A DNA stretch of 64,000 nucleotides from contig JBKAGP010000001.1 in the NCBI GenBank assembly GCA_046290465.1, positions 3,456,001 through 3,520,000 of the forward strand, read 5' to 3'. The translations under genes were made by a program, and so were the position numbers. The notes below the pieces were generated by a model that had not been told where the DNA came from, searched no databases, and was given only the letters and a program-made list of their open reading frames with translations. The DNA is from Planctomycetota bacterium. GTDB lineage: Bacteria > Planctomycetota > UBA1135 > UBA2386. Every line of letters begins with the position of its first letter. Within the stretch, counting starts at the first letter, position 1. Positions 18,222 to 27,914 of the stretch are shown here, in pieces.

Positions 18222-19838
18222 ATGAGACTTTCCGCCACCATTCTGTCCGCAGCCCTTGCCCTCGCGCCGCTCGCGGCCCAGGACGCGACCGTCACCGTGC
18301 TTCACGGCGTTCCCGGCCTCAACGGCCCGGTCGACGTGTTCGCCAACGGCAACCAGCTGTTCAGCTTCGACTACGGCGACCAGCAGGGTCCGCTCGAGCT
18401 GGCTCCGGGCGCCTACGCGCTCGAAGTCCGCCAGAACGGCTCGACGCTGCTGAGCCTGAACGCGACGCTCGCCGCCGACACCGACTACTCGGTGATCGCC
18501 AACCTCGACGAGAACGGCAACCCGCAGCTCGGCGCGTTCGTCAACGCGCTCGACAACCTGACGCTGCCGACCTCGCGCCTCTACGTGCGGCACACCGCCC
18601 AGGCCCCCGCGGTCGACGTCGTGCTCGAACAGAACGGCACCACGTTCGCGACCATCAGCAACGTCAGCAACGGCGGCGACGCGACCGCCGACGTCCCGCC
18701 CGGCACCTACTCGGTGCGCCTGAACGTCGCCGGCACCAGCAACACCGCCTTCGGGCCGGTCGAAGTGCGCGTCGAGGACGGCATCGGCTACGGCGTGTTC
18801 GCGGTCGGCCAGGTCGGCACCAACAACTTCCAGCTGCTGCAGCAGCGCGTGCCGCTGACCGCGCTGGTCACGGTCGCGCACGGCATCCCGGCGCTCGGTG
18901 CCCCGGTGACCGTCGAGGCCAACGGCAGCGCGCTGTTCACGTTCGACTACCGTGAGGTCGTCGGTCCGCTGGTCGTGCTGCCGGGCACCTACACGTTCGA
19001 CGCGGTCGTCAACGGCAACTCGGTGCTCAACCGCACCGACACGGTCGGTCGCGGCGACGACGTGACCATCGTCGCGCACCTCGACGGCAGCGCCGCGCCG
19101 CAGCTGTCGGCGTTCGCCAACGACACCACGATGATCCAGAGCGGCAACGCCCGCGTCACCGTGCGCCACCTCGCTGCCGCACCGGCGGTCGACGTGGTCG
19201 TCGACGACGTCGCTGGCCCGCTGGCGACGATCCCGGGCCTCAGCAACGGCAACGAGGCGGTCGCGCAGCTGCCGCTCGGCAACCTGCAGGTGAGCCTCGC
19301 CGCCGGTGGCAACACCGTCTTCGGCCCGGTCAACTTCCGCCCGGTCGACCACGTCGCCTACCAGTTCCTGGCGCTCGGCGACTTCAACGGCGGCACGTTC
19401 ACCGTCGAACTGGTGCAGCGCGACCTGGCCCCGGCGGTCCCGGCGCAGATCACCACGCAGATCGGCGGCTGGAGCTGTGGCCCGGCGATCTCGGCCTCGC
19501 CGAGCACGTTCGACTACGGCCAGCCGTGGAGCCTGATCGCGACCGGCGCACAGCCGAACGCGATGGCGATCGTCAACTTCGGCGACAGCATCTCGTCGCT
19601 CGGCGCGCTGTCGCTGCCGCTGCAGCTCGACGCGATCGGCGCCCCGGGCTGCTTCCTCAACACCAACCTGGTCGCGTCGATCGCGACCATGACGGACGCC
19701 TCCGGCACCGTCGAGGTCGGCTACACGATCCCGGGCTCGCTGTTCGGCCAACTGCAGCCGAGCTACTTCCAGGTCGGCACGATGACGAGCGGCAACGCGC
19801 TCGGCTTCGCCACCAGCGAATACCTCGAGATCCGCTAG
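18222..19838 (+). CDS. secreted DUF4397-repeat protein with the shared C-terminal domain
   Basis: ATG at 18222 with signal peptide; four V-x-V-x-H...(A)PVDV-type sub-repeats; C-terminal LPLQLDAIGAPGC...NALGFATSEYLEIR. Confidence 0.85.
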   Translation: MRLSATILSAALALAPLAAQDATVTVLHGVPGLNGPVDVFANGNQLFSFDYGDQQGPLELAPGAYALEVRQNGSTLLSLNATLAADTDYSVIANLDENGNPQLGAFVNALDNLTLPTSRLYVRHTAQAPAVDVVLEQNGTTFATISNVSNGGDATADVPPGTYSVRLNVAGTSNTAFGPVEVRVEDGIGYGVFAVGQVGTNNFQLLQQRVPLTALVTVAHGIPALGAPVTVEANGSALFTFDYREVVGPLVVLPGTYTFDAVVNGNSVLNRTDTVGRGDDVTIVAHLDGSAAPQLSAFANDTTMIQSGNARVTVRHLAAAPAVDVVVDDVAGPLATIPGLSNGNEAVAQLPLGNLQVSLAAGGNTVFGPVNFRPVDHVAYQFLALGDFNGGTFTVELVQRDLAPAVPAQITTQIGGWSCGPAISASPSTFDYGQPWSLIATGAQPNAMAIVNFGDSISSLGALSLPLQLDAIGAPGCFLNTNLVASIATMTDASGTVEVGYTIPGSLFGQLQPSYFQVGTMTSGNALGFATSEYLEIR

Positions 19839-19921
19839 TGGGCAAAGCCCCGTCCGCACGCGTACGCGCCGCTTCCGTGATCACGGTCGGCAGCGCGTCC
19901 ACTACATGGACGCGCTCCTAG
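19835..19921. repeat. 83-bp CTAG-bounded palindromic element (REP/MITE-like), single copy
   Basis: Reverse complement of the units at 48393-48647; CTAG at 19835-19838 and 19918-19921; internal 10-bp hairpin agcgcgtcca-ctaca-tggacgcgct. Confidence 0.92.
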
Positions 19922-19927
19922 CCGGAC

Positions 19928-19989
19928 GAGCGGGGCGGCGGCCTCATGCGGGTCCGACGAACGGACCCGCGGGGCCTCCGTCCCCGCTC
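19928..19989. terminator. long imperfect GC hairpin between convergent genes (possible terminator)
   Basis: gagcgggg...gcgggtccg-acgaa-cggacccgc...ccccgctc; no clear U-tract. Confidence 0.5.
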
Positions 19990-20004
19990 CGAACCCGGCA
20001 AGGG

Positions 20005-21375
20005 TCAGGCCGGCGGATGCGCGACCACCGCCTTGATGCAGGCGCGCGAGCGCGCGACCTCGAACGCCCGGTCGAGGCCCGCCGCGTCGAAGCGGTGCGT
20101 CACCAGCCGTTCGCCGAGGCCCTGCAGCGCCGGCTTCTGCAGCAGCTCCAGCGCCAGCCGGAAGTCACCGCAGCGCGAACTCGACAGCCGCAGGCCGCGC
20201 GTCGCGACGGCCGCGAGCAGCGGCGAACCCGCCGTCGCGGCATCCGGGTGCAGCCAGATCTGCCCGCGCGGCCGGACCAGCGGACGTTCGCTGCCGGTCC
20301 GCGGACGCACCGCGCGCGCGAAGCTCTCGGCCGAGTCGACCACGGCCGCGTCGGCGTGCGGCAGCCCGTCGGCTGCGGCGTAGCCACGCGCGAGCTCGGC
20401 GGCGGGGCCCCGGCGGAGTTCGGCCCGGTCGACGAAGTCCGCGTCGGGTCCGGCCGCCGCCAGCCACGCGACGCGCGCGTCGCCCGCCGAAGCCGGCATC
20501 GGCGCCAGCGTCAACTCGTCGACGACCAGTTCGGTCAGGTGCGACACGCCGGCCGCCGGCTGGCCGTGCGTCGACTTGAGGTGCACCTCGCGGCGCGCCA
20601 GGCGCAGCGCGCGCTCGAGGCCCGCCGGACTGCCGGTGGTGTCGACGACGACGTCGAACGCCTCGTGCAGCGCGGCATCGTCGTCACCGACCACGTGGGC
20701 CTCGTCGGCCCCGAACCGCCGCGACAGCTCGGCGAGCTGCGGATCGCGCACCACGGCCGCGACCGTGTAGCCGGTGTTGGTCGCGTGCAGGCCGGCGACG
20801 ACCAGCATGCCGAGCCGGCGCGGGCCGAGCACCGCGATGCGTTCGCCGGGCTTCGGCCCGACCGTCGTGACCGCGTGCAGCGCCGCCGCCAACGGTTCGA
20901 CCAGCACCGCGTCGTCGTCGGCGACCGCGTCCGGGATCGGCAGGCACGCGGCGACCGGCGCCAGGATCCACGGCCCGAAACCGCCTGGCAGCGCGTCGAT
21001 GCCGAGCGTGACGCGCTCGGGACAGTGGGTCTCGAGCCCGGCCGCGCAGAACGCGCAGTCGCTGGCGACGCCGCGCGCGGCGTGCGAGGCGTTGATCTCG
21101 ACGACGTAGCGGCGGCCGTCGTCGTCGACCGCGACGACCTCGTGGCCGATCACCTGCGGCAGCTCGAACGGCAGGAAGTGCCGCGCCAGGTCGGTGGAGC
21201 AGACGCCGCACTGCCGCACGCGCAGCGCGCGGTAGCCCGGCCCGAGCTCGAGCACCTGCCGGCCGTCCCGCTCGACGCGCCAGCCGCGCTCGCACGAGCC
21301 CTCGAGGCGGTAGCGGGCCCGGACGAACGACTGGTCGGCGTGGTAGTCGTAGGCGTCGAACCCGATCGTCGTCAT
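20005..21375 (-). CDS. zinc-dependent MDR-family (alcohol/sugar) dehydrogenase-like protein
   Basis: ATG at 21375 overlapping the galK stop; CGVCSTD, GHE, CAFC...HC, LVEPLAAALHA, DVVVDTTGS. Confidence 0.82.
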   Translation of the reverse strand: MTTIGFDAYDYHADQSFVRARYRLEGSCERGWRVERDGRQVLELGPGYRALRVRQCGVCSTDLARHFLPFELPQVIGHEVVAVDDDGRRYVVEINASHAARGVASDCAFCAAGLETHCPERVTLGIDALPGGFGPWILAPVAACLPIPDAVADDDAVLVEPLAAALHAVTTVGPKPGERIAVLGPRRLGMLVVAGLHATNTGYTVAAVVRDPQLAELSRRFGADEAHVVGDDDAALHEAFDVVVDTTGSPAGLERALRLARREVHLKSTHGQPAAGVSHLTELVVDELTLAPMPASAGDARVAWLAAAGPDADFVDRAELRRGPAAELARGYAAADGLPHADAAVVDSAESFARAVRPRTGSERPLVRPRGQIWLHPDAATAGSPLLAAVATRGLRLSSSRCGDFRLALELLQKPALQGLGERLVTHRFDAAGLDRAFEVARSRACIKAVVAHPPA

Positions 21376-22568
21376 GCCTCGATCTCGCCCGGCCCGTCGC
21401 CGATGCGCAGCAGGTCGAACCCCGGCTCGACGCCGAAGCGGGCACCGAACACCTCGCTGACGTGCGCGGCGACCCGTCCGCGGTGGCCCGGCTCGATCAG
21501 GGCGATCGCGCAGCCACCGAAGCCCGCGCCGGTCAGCCGCGCGCCGAACACCCCGTCGCAGGCGCGCGCGGCGTCGGTGATGACGTCGAGCTCGTCGCAA
21601 CTGACGTCGTAGTCGGTCGCGGTCGAACGGTGGCTCGCGTCGAGCTGCGCGCCGAGGCCGGCGTAGTCGTGGTCGCGCAGCGCCTCGGCGCCGGCCGCGA
21701 TGCGGCCCATCTCGGTCGCCACGTGGCGGGCGCGCCGGTAGAGCACCGGGTCCATGCGATCGCGCACCGACTCCAGATCCTCGACCGAGTACGACGCCAG
21801 GTGCCGCTCGTCGCGCACGTGTTCGCTGAGGAAGGCGCGCGCCGCGGCGCACTGTTCGACCCGTTCGTTGAAGCCGCTGGCGGCGAGCTTGCGCGGCTTG
21901 CGGGTGTCCATCACGAGCACCTCGCAGGCCTCCGGATCGAACGGCACGTGCTCCCAGCGCGGCCCCTGGCAGCGCATCCACAGCACCTTGCCGGGCTGAC
22001 CGAGCGCCGACGCGTACTGGTCCATGATGCCGCAGCGCACGCCGACGAAGTCGTTTTCCGCGCGGTGCGCCATGCTGGCCATCGCCTCGCGGTCGAGGCC
22101 GGTGCCAGCCAGCGCGTCGAGCGCCAGGGCGGTGACGACCTCGATGGCCGCCGACGACGACAGCCCCGACGCGATCGGCACGTCGCCGGCGAACACCGCG
22201 TCGAAGCCCGCCTGCACGCCGTGGTCGCGCTGGAAGCTGCGCCAGACCCCGAGCGGGTAGCCGCCCCATCCCCAGCGCTTGTCGGCGACGTCGCCGACCT
22301 CGTCGACCCCGACGTCGACGGCCAGCTCCTGGTCGATGCTGCGCAGGCGGATGCGGCCGTCGTCGTTGCGGCGCACGCCGACGTAGATGCCGCGATCGAC
22401 CGCCATCGGCATGACGTCCCCACCGCTGTAGTCGAGGTGCGCTCCGACCAGGTTGATGCGACCGGGCGCGAAGAAGTAGCGCAGCGCCCCCGCGCCGAAG
22501 TCGGCCCGCGACCGCGACTCGATAGCGTCGAGCAATCGGGAGCGGGGTTCTGCAGTCACGCTGATCAT
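21372..22568 (-). CDS. galK: galactokinase
   Basis: APGRINLVGAHLDYSGG, PIASGLSSSAA, CGIMDQ, GARLTGAGFGGC; start probably the ATG at 22568. Confidence 0.9.
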   Translation of the reverse strand: MISVTAEPRSRLLDAIESRSRADFGAGALRYFFAPGRINLVGAHLDYSGGDVMPMAVDRGIYVGVRRNDDGRIRLRSIDQELAVDVGVDEVGDVADKRWGWGGYPLGVWRSFQRDHGVQAGFDAVFAGDVPIASGLSSSAAIEVVTALALDALAGTGLDREAMASMAHRAENDFVGVRCGIMDQYASALGQPGKVLWMRCQGPRWEHVPFDPEACEVLVMDTRKPRKLAASGFNERVEQCAAARAFLSEHVRDERHLASYSVEDLESVRDRMDPVLYRRARHVATEMGRIAAGAEALRDHDYAGLGAQLDASHRSTATDYDVSCDELDVITDAARACDGVFGARLTGAGFGGCAIALIEPGHRGRVAAHVSEVFGARFGVEPGFDLLRIGDGPGEIEA

Positions 22569-22656
22569 CGAACTGTCCGTCTGGTCCTGGTGCAAGCTGC
22601 GAAGGTGACGGCACGACATCGGCGTTCGCCGTGGGCCGGTTAAGGTTCGGGGATCC

Positions 22657-23391
22657 GTGGAGGCCCCCTCGACACCACCCCCGAACGCCTGCCCCGATTG
22701 CGGCGCGGCGATGCCACCGGCGACGTTCTGTTCGGCGTGCGGCCAACGTCTCGATGTGCGACCCCTGCGCATCGGCGAGATCGCCAGCAGCGCGATCCAG
22801 GGCATGCTGTCGTTCGACGCGCCGGCGTTGCGGACGCTGCGGGACCTGGCACGCGGCCCGGGCAAGGTCGCACGCGCGTGGATCGACGGCCGCCGGACGT
22901 CGTACCTGCATCCACTGCGGTTCCTGTTCGTCGTCGGCGTGGTGACGCTGCTGACGTTCGAGCCGATCCAGCAGCTGCGGCAGAACCGCTTGCCGTCCGG
23001 CCAGGCGCTCTACGTGGTCGGGTTCGACAGCAGGCCGACGTTCGGGCTGCTGGCGATCCTCGTATCGCTGCCGGTGGCGTGCACCATCGCGCTGCTCGGC
23101 CGGCCGCTCGGGCTGCGACGCTCGTGGCTCGAGTGGTACGTGCTGTGCGCCTACGCGTGCGGCGCCGGCGCGCTGCTGCAGCTCGGCGTCAAGGTGGTCG
23201 GACTGGCGCTGCCGACCGGCTGGGGCGGCTGGCTGGCGCTGGCCGAGTTCGCGCTGCCGCTGCTGCTGCTCGCCTGGGGCGCGCGCGATCTGGTCGACGC
23301 CGGTCGCCGCGGCCGGGCCGTGCTGGTCGCTGCCCTGGCCCCGCTGCTGCTGATCGCGCTGATCGCGGCCGTGGCGGCGCTGTCCCACTGA
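22657..23391 (+). CDS. DUF3667-like membrane protein with N-terminal zinc ribbon
   Basis: CPDCG...FCSACGQ, LRTLRDLARGPG...GRRTSYLHPLR, several transmembrane segments. Confidence 0.82.
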   Translation: MEAPSTPPPNACPDCGAAMPPATFCSACGQRLDVRPLRIGEIASSAIQGMLSFDAPALRTLRDLARGPGKVARAWIDGRRTSYLHPLRFLFVVGVVTLLTFEPIQQLRQNRLPSGQALYVVGFDSRPTFGLLAILVSLPVACTIALLGRPLGLRRSWLEWYVLCAYACGAGALLQLGVKVVGLALPTGWGGWLALAEFALPLLLLAWGARDLVDAGRRGRAVLVAALAPLLLIALIAAVAALSH

Positions 23392-23476
23392 GAGACACCC
23401 CGCTCAAACCGGGAGCGATTTGTTGCCGAACGCAATGAGGCGTGACGCCTCCCGTCCCGCACACTATTCCCCGACG

Positions 23477-24556
23477 ATGCACACGCCCATCCGCATGTTC
23501 TCCGCCACTTCGCTGGCCCTCGCCATGGCGCTGTCGGCGCCGTGCCAGGACCAGAAGCCGGCCAGCCTGCAGGCCGAGGGGCCGCAGTTCGTGGCCGTCC
23601 GCTACCCGCGGGACCAGGACAAGGCGGTCGCGGTCGTCGGCAGCAAGACCCTGACGCTGCGCGACCTGGTTCGCCACATCGACGAGCGGCACTACCCGGG
23701 CTTCGAGCAGCTGCTGCGCAAGCAGCCGTCGTTCCAGCGCTTCCTGCAGTCGGACCTGATGGCGCCGTGGGTGCGGCAGTTCGCGGACATCGAGGCGATC
23801 CGGCAGCACCTCGGCGACCGCTACATCGACCCGGTCCTGCTCGAGAAGGCGCAGAGCGCGTCGCTCAAGACCAGCTTCGAGGCCTACCTCGGCAAGGTCG
23901 TCGAGCACCGCCGGCTGACCGGCCGTTCGGGTGAGCTGTCGCAGCGGCACGTCAACCGGCTGCTGGCGGACTTCCAGCTCAAGCGCGGCCTGAGCGCCGA
24001 GCTGCAGGGCATGCTCGACTTCCTCGAGAAGGACGACTACACCCGCAAGGAGCTGCGCGACTTCTTCAACGACAACGCGCGCTTCTTCGGCGGCCAGGTG
24101 ACCGTGCAGCACATCCTGGTGCAGCACCGACACGGCGGCACCGGCCTGCTGCTCAACGACGAAGGCCTGGCGCGCGCCAACGCCCGCGTCGCCGAGATCA
24201 AGGCGCGCCTGCGGCCGGACGGCTCCAACTTCAGCGAACTGGTGCGGCTGTTCTCGGACGACACCAAGACGCGCGACAACGACGGCAGGCTGCCGGGCAT
24301 CCACCGCTTCGACGACCGGCTGCCGGCGTCGCTGTGCCGCGCCGCGTGGGCGCTGCGCGACGGCCAGGTCACGTCGGACGTGATCGAGACGCAGTACGGC
24401 TGGCACTTCGTGCGCCGCCTCGAGTTCGCGCAGCAGATCTTCATCCTGTTCACCGACGACGCGATCCCGTCGATCCGTCAGGTGATGCGTCGGGCGATGC
24501 AGGAGAAGCTGCTCTACGCCGCGCGCCGCAAGGCCAAGATCCGCCTGCTGCTGTGA
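23477..24556 (+). CDS. PpiC/parvulin-type peptidylprolyl isomerase, secreted
   Basis: VQHILV, FSELVRLFSDD, GRLP, IETQYGWHFVR; signal peptide. Confidence 0.85.
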   Translation: MHTPIRMFSATSLALAMALSAPCQDQKPASLQAEGPQFVAVRYPRDQDKAVAVVGSKTLTLRDLVRHIDERHYPGFEQLLRKQPSFQRFLQSDLMAPWVRQFADIEAIRQHLGDRYIDPVLLEKAQSASLKTSFEAYLGKVVEHRRLTGRSGELSQRHVNRLLADFQLKRGLSAELQGMLDFLEKDDYTRKELRDFFNDNARFFGGQVTVQHILVQHRHGGTGLLLNDEGLARANARVAEIKARLRPDGSNFSELVRLFSDDTKTRDNDGRLPGIHRFDDRLPASLCRAAWALRDGQVTSDVIETQYGWHFVRRLEFAQQIFILFTDDAIPSIRQVMRRAMQEKLLYAARRKAKIRLLL

Positions 24557-24590
24557 TCGCCGCGCCGCTGCGCCGGAGCAGACGTCCGGG

Positions 24591-24872
24591 TCAGCTGGCG
24601 GCGCTCTGCCACGACCACCAGACGACCGCCCAGAACGGGTTGAGGATCGTCCACAGGGTCGCGTAGCGACGGAACGGCTGCTTGACGGTCTTGTGCCGGA
24701 ACCAGGCCATCGCCAGCCACGCGCCGGGCCAGCCGGTCGCGAACAGCATCCACAGCAGGGTGCGCTCGGAGACCCGCCGCCCCTGCTTGGACGCGCGCCA
24801 CTTGTCCCAGCCGTAGATGGCCAGCGTCAGCACGTTCCACAGCAGCACCAGGCCCCAGACGAGTTCGAGCAT
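24591..24872 (-). CDS. DUF1294 small membrane protein
   Basis: IYGWDKWRA...RRVSERTL...GWPGAWLAMAWFRHKTVK. Confidence 0.93.
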   Translation of the reverse strand: MLELVWGLVLLWNVLTLAIYGWDKWRASKQGRRVSERTLLWMLFATGWPGAWLAMAWFRHKTVKQPFRRYATLWTILNPFWAVVWWSWQSAAS

Positions 24873-24908
24873 GGAGGGATCTTAGCGACCGGGTAGTCTC
24901 GCGCCGAC

Positions 24909-26117
24909 ATGTCGGTGAAGCCCGAGGACATCGAAGCCGCGCACGCCGCGATCCTGCCCCACGTGCTGCGCACCCCGACGGTGCCGGCGCCACGGCTCGG
25001 CGAACCGCTGGACGTGCGGCTCTGGCTCAAGCTCGAGAACCTGCAGTACACCGGCTCGTTCAAGGACCGCGGCAGCTGCTACAAGCTGGAGCAGCTGGCG
25101 GCTGCGGAGCCGCGGCCGTCCGGCGTGATCGCCGCATCCGCCGGCAACCACGCCCAGGGCGTCGCCCACCACGCCAACCGCCTCGGCATTCCGGCGACGA
25201 TCGTGATGCCGCTGACCACGCCGTTCGCAAAGGTCGAGCGCACCGAGGGGCACGGCGCGCGCGTCGTGCTGCACGGCGAGTCGCTCGCCGAGAGCTACGA
25301 GCACGCGCTCGAGATCGCCGACGCCGAAGGCCTGGTGTTCGTGCACCCGTACGACGACCCGCTGATCGTCGCGGGGCAGGGCACGGTCGCGCGCGAAATG
25401 CTCGAGGACGTGCCCGATCTCGACGTGCTGGTGGTGCCGATCGGCGGCGGCGGACTGTCGGCCGGGATGGCGCTGTGGGCCAAACACGTCAAGCCGGACA
25501 TCCAGGTGTTCGGCGTGCAGACCGAGGGCTGCCCGTCGATGCACGCCGCGCTCGCCGGCGAGCCGATGCCCAAGCCCAACACCCACACGCTCGCCGACGG
25601 CATCGCGGTCAAGACGCCGGGCAAGCTGCCGCTCGAGATCCTGCGTCGGCACCTCGACGAGGTGCTGCTGGTCGGCGAGAGCGACGTCGAGAACGCCGTG
25701 CAGATCCTGGCCGCGCAGCAGAAGGTCGTCGCCGAGGGCGCCGGCGCGACCGGCTACGCGGCGCTGCTGCGGCACCCGCAGCGGTTCCAGAACCGCACCG
25801 TCGGGGTCGTCATCTGCGGCGGCAACATCGACCGTCGCATGCTGTCGACGGTGCTGCTGCGCGGCCTCAAGCGCGACGGCAAAATCGCCAAGCTGCGCAT
25901 CCCGATCCACGACGTGCCCGGCGTGCTGTCGCGCGTCACGCAGCTGATCGGCGCATCGGGCGCCGACGTCGTCGACATCGAGCACCACCGGCTGTTCAAC
26001 CAGCTCGCGCCGCGCGAGGCCGAGCTGCAGGTGGTGATGGAGACCAAGGGCGAAGCGCACGTGCAGACGATCCTCCAACGGCTGGAGGCGGCCGGCTTCC
26101 GCGCGGAGACGATGTGA
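24909..26117 (+). CDS. ilvA: threonine ammonia-lyase with C-terminal ACT domain
   Basis: LKLENLQYTGSFKDRG (PLP lysine), SAGNHAQG, PIGGGGL, GGNID, DVPGVL (ACT). Confidence 0.93.
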   Translation: MSVKPEDIEAAHAAILPHVLRTPTVPAPRLGEPLDVRLWLKLENLQYTGSFKDRGSCYKLEQLAAAEPRPSGVIAASAGNHAQGVAHHANRLGIPATIVMPLTTPFAKVERTEGHGARVVLHGESLAESYEHALEIADAEGLVFVHPYDDPLIVAGQGTVAREMLEDVPDLDVLVVPIGGGGLSAGMALWAKHVKPDIQVFGVQTEGCPSMHAALAGEPMPKPNTHTLADGIAVKTPGKLPLEILRRHLDEVLLVGESDVENAVQILAAQQKVVAEGAGATGYAALLRHPQRFQNRTVGVVICGGNIDRRMLSTVLLRGLKRDGKIAKLRIPIHDVPGVLSRVTQLIGASGADVVDIEHHRLFNQLAPREAELQVVMETKGEAHVQTILQRLEAAGFRAETM

Positions 26118-27910
26118 CCGCGGCGGGCGGCGACCAGGCCTTCGAGGCGGCACGCCGCCACCAGCTCTCGCTGCCGCCCGAGCTGCGCAAGCGGCACGGC
26201 GTCTGGTTCACGCCCCCGGCGCTGGCGCTGCCGACGGCGCAACGCGCGCTCGCGCCGCTCGACGACGGCCGCCCGCTGCGCGTCTGCGATCCGGCCGTCG
26301 GCGGCGGCTCGTTCCTGCTGGCAGCGCGCGCGGCGCTGCAGCGATCGAGCACCGAGCTGGTCGGCGTCGACGTCGATGCGCAGGCGGTCGCGATCGCCAG
26401 CCGGGCGCTCGGCGACGCCGACGTGCGGGTCGGCGACGGCCTGCTCGACCTCGACGACGGCAGCTTCGACGCGGTGCTGACCAACCCGCCGTGGGAGACC
26501 CTGCAGGACGGCCCGGACGCCGGCGCGCGCGTGGCGCAGCTACGCCCGCGGTTCGCGCACCAGGGTCGCGGCAAGCTGTTCACCTACCGGCTGTTCGTCG
26601 AACGCGCCGTGCGGCTGCTGCGTCCCGGCGGCCGACTCGGGATCGTCGTGCCGGCGAGCCTGTGGTTCGACCGCGACGCCGCGCCGCTGCGCCAGCTGCT
26701 GCTAGAACAGTGCGCGTGGGAGTGGCTGTTCGGCTTCGAGAACCGCGCGCGCATCTTCGACATCGACAGCCGCTACCGCTTCGGCGTCGTGATCGCGACC
26801 AAGGGTGCGGCGACGCGGCGGGTGCGCACGGCGTTCGGCCGGACGCGGCTGGAGGAATGGCAACGACCACGACCGGAGCACACCAGCTACGCGCGCGACG
26901 AACTGGCGCGGTTCAGTCCGCACGCCGGCACGTTCGTCGAGGTCGACGCACGCCGCGACCTCGAGATCCTCGCGCGCATGCACGCCGCCGGCCGGCCGCT
27001 GCTCGGCGACGGCGGCGCGTTCTGCTGGCGGCAGGGCGACTTCAACATGACCGCCGACCGCGACCGCTTCGTGCTGCGCGACGACGCCGAGGCGCTCGGC
27101 TACCGCGGCGAACGCGACGGCGTCTGGCGCGCCGACGGCAGGCCCGACCTGCTGCCGCTGCGACAGGGCGCGATGCTCTACGACCTCGACGGCAACGCCG
27201 GCGCCCACGATCGCGGGGTCGGCCACAAGACGCGCTGGCGCCGACCCGCACACCCCGACGAGCTGCGTCCGCTCTACCTGGTCGACGCGGCCACGTGGCG
27301 CAGCGGATCGGACCGGCGACCACCGGCGCGCATCGGGCTGCGCGCCCTCTCCAACGCGACCAACGAACGGACCGCGATCGCGTGCCTGCTGCCCGACGTG
27401 CCGTGCGGCAACTCGATCGGCGTGATGCGCCCGGCAGCCGACGGCGACGCGCCGGTGCGCGAGCTGGCCGCCGGCTCTGCGATGCTGGCGTCGCTGCCGT
27501 TCGACTGGGCGCTGCGCATGCGGCTCGGCGGCACCAACCTCAACCGCTTCGTGCTGACCGACTGCGTGCTGCCGCAGCTGCGCGACGACGTCCGGGACGA
27601 ACTGGCGCGGCTGGCGCTGCGGCTCTGTGCGACGGCCAGCTGGACGGCGCCGCTGTGGCGCGAGGCCACGCGCGAGGGCTGGTGCGCGCGCCGCGACCCG
27701 GCCGACGACGCGAAGCTGCGCCGCGAGCTGCAGACCCGCATCGACGTGCTGGTCGGCGCGGCCTACGGGCTGCGCGACGACGACATCGCCTGGATCACGC
27801 GCGGCCAGCCGTTCGCCAAGGGCTTCTGGCGGGTCGAGCGCGAACTCGACCAGCAGCAGCGGCGGCCGCAGCGGTGGCGTGCCGCCGCCGCCAGCCACGC
27901 GGCCACCTGA
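26114..27910 (+). CDS. N6-adenine DNA methyltransferase (type IIG/Eco57I- or DrmMI-like), no nuclease domain evident
   Basis: GTG at 26114 overlapping the ilvA stop; GVWFTP, DPAVGGGSFL (motif I), NPPW (motif IV), C-terminal target-recognition-like region (ATNERT, RIDVLVGAAYGL). Confidence 0.85.
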   Translation: MTAAGGDQAFEAARRHQLSLPPELRKRHGVWFTPPALALPTAQRALAPLDDGRPLRVCDPAVGGGSFLLAARAALQRSSTELVGVDVDAQAVAIASRALGDADVRVGDGLLDLDDGSFDAVLTNPPWETLQDGPDAGARVAQLRPRFAHQGRGKLFTYRLFVERAVRLLRPGGRLGIVVPASLWFDRDAAPLRQLLLEQCAWEWLFGFENRARIFDIDSRYRFGVVIATKGAATRRVRTAFGRTRLEEWQRPRPEHTSYARDELARFSPHAGTFVEVDARRDLEILARMHAAGRPLLGDGGAFCWRQGDFNMTADRDRFVLRDDAEALGYRGERDGVWRADGRPDLLPLRQGAMLYDLDGNAGAHDRGVGHKTRWRRPAHPDELRPLYLVDAATWRSGSDRRPPARIGLRALSNATNERTAIACLLPDVPCGNSIGVMRPAADGDAPVRELAAGSAMLASLPFDWALRMRLGGTNLNRFVLTDCVLPQLRDDVRDELARLALRLCATASWTAPLWREATREGWCARRDPADDAKLRRELQTRIDVLVGAAYGLRDDDIAWITRGQPFAKGFWRVERELDQQQRRPQRWRAAAASHAAT

Positions 27911-27914
27911 GCGC

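Noticed and set aside
16728..19838. Aryl polyene or fatty-acid biosynthetic cluster
   Set aside because: Only a reductase is present; no ketosynthase, ACP or dehydratase.
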